Shown here: positions 63,715-64,000 of the stretch, one piece after another
How the letters are laid out: every line of letters begins with the position of its first letter
Position numbering within the stretch: position 1 is the first letter of the stretch
Assembly: GCF_964355755.1 (NCBI RefSeq)
Contig: NC_092674.1
Coordinates: 24,614,001-24,678,000, forward strand
Direction: 5' to 3'
Length of the DNA stretch: 64,000 nucleotides
DNA from: Antedon mediterranea
Taxonomy: Eukaryota; Animalia; Echinodermata
Translations under genes and position numbers: made by a program
The notes under the pieces: model-generated
Seen by the model: only the letters and a program-made list of their open reading frames with translations
Database searches by the model: none
What the model was told of the DNA's origin: nothing

Positions 63715-64000
63715 TTGTGATTTAGGCTAATTTCACTACAAGCATTTGTATGCGAGTTTGGTGCAATGGTTATGTAACAAGCCTTTCAATTAACAATAGC
63801 TTCAGTTGACTAACAATAGATAGATAGATAGAATTTGAAAAGAAATAAGTTTTTAAACAAATTTTATCAAAAAAGGTGCACATTAAATCAAATTATGTTT
63901 TACAATTACAAATCACCAATTATAACTCTTCCCTATTGTGCAAAAATGAAGTTTTTTGGACAAGTAGTTCTCGAGAAAATGCAATTTCAGTTTACTTGTT
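63715..64000. repeat. Dispersed repeat, second copy of 6130-6330 plus 6940-7020
   Basis: Shared sequence GTGATTTAG.CTAATTTCACTACAA...CAGTTGACTAACAATAG...AATTACAAATCAC.AATTATAACTCTT...GAGAAAATGCAATTTCA. Confidence 0.8.

Overview
AT-rich, intron-rich animal genomic DNA, probably from an invertebrate (the lineage cannot be fixed from sequence alone). Three genes can be assembled by hand. (1) A ~57-exon, 47 kb plus-strand gene (1601-48974) for a mannose-receptor-like type I membrane protein of roughly 2,500 aa: signal peptide, 4 C-type lectin domains (CTLDs), 5 kringles, 10 more CTLDs, a TM helix and a short tail. A PAN/apple-domain exon sits between the two exons that build kringle 4. (2) A convergent 5-exon minus-strand gene of unknown function (52753-50281). 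(3) TAF6 (55586-63116). The introns hold several multi-kb minisatellites, which explain almost all long ORFs in the track. They also hold a Tourist-like MITE family, TTAA-flanked DNA elements, tRNA- and 5S-derived SINEs, LINE 3' ends, a solo LTR, a foldback element, and Penelope-like remnants with hammerhead ribozyme motifs next to (TA)n tracts. The most notable signals are the in-frame, skippable PAN exon inside a kringle and the hammerhead motifs. Exon coordinates come from manual reading; no database search was run.
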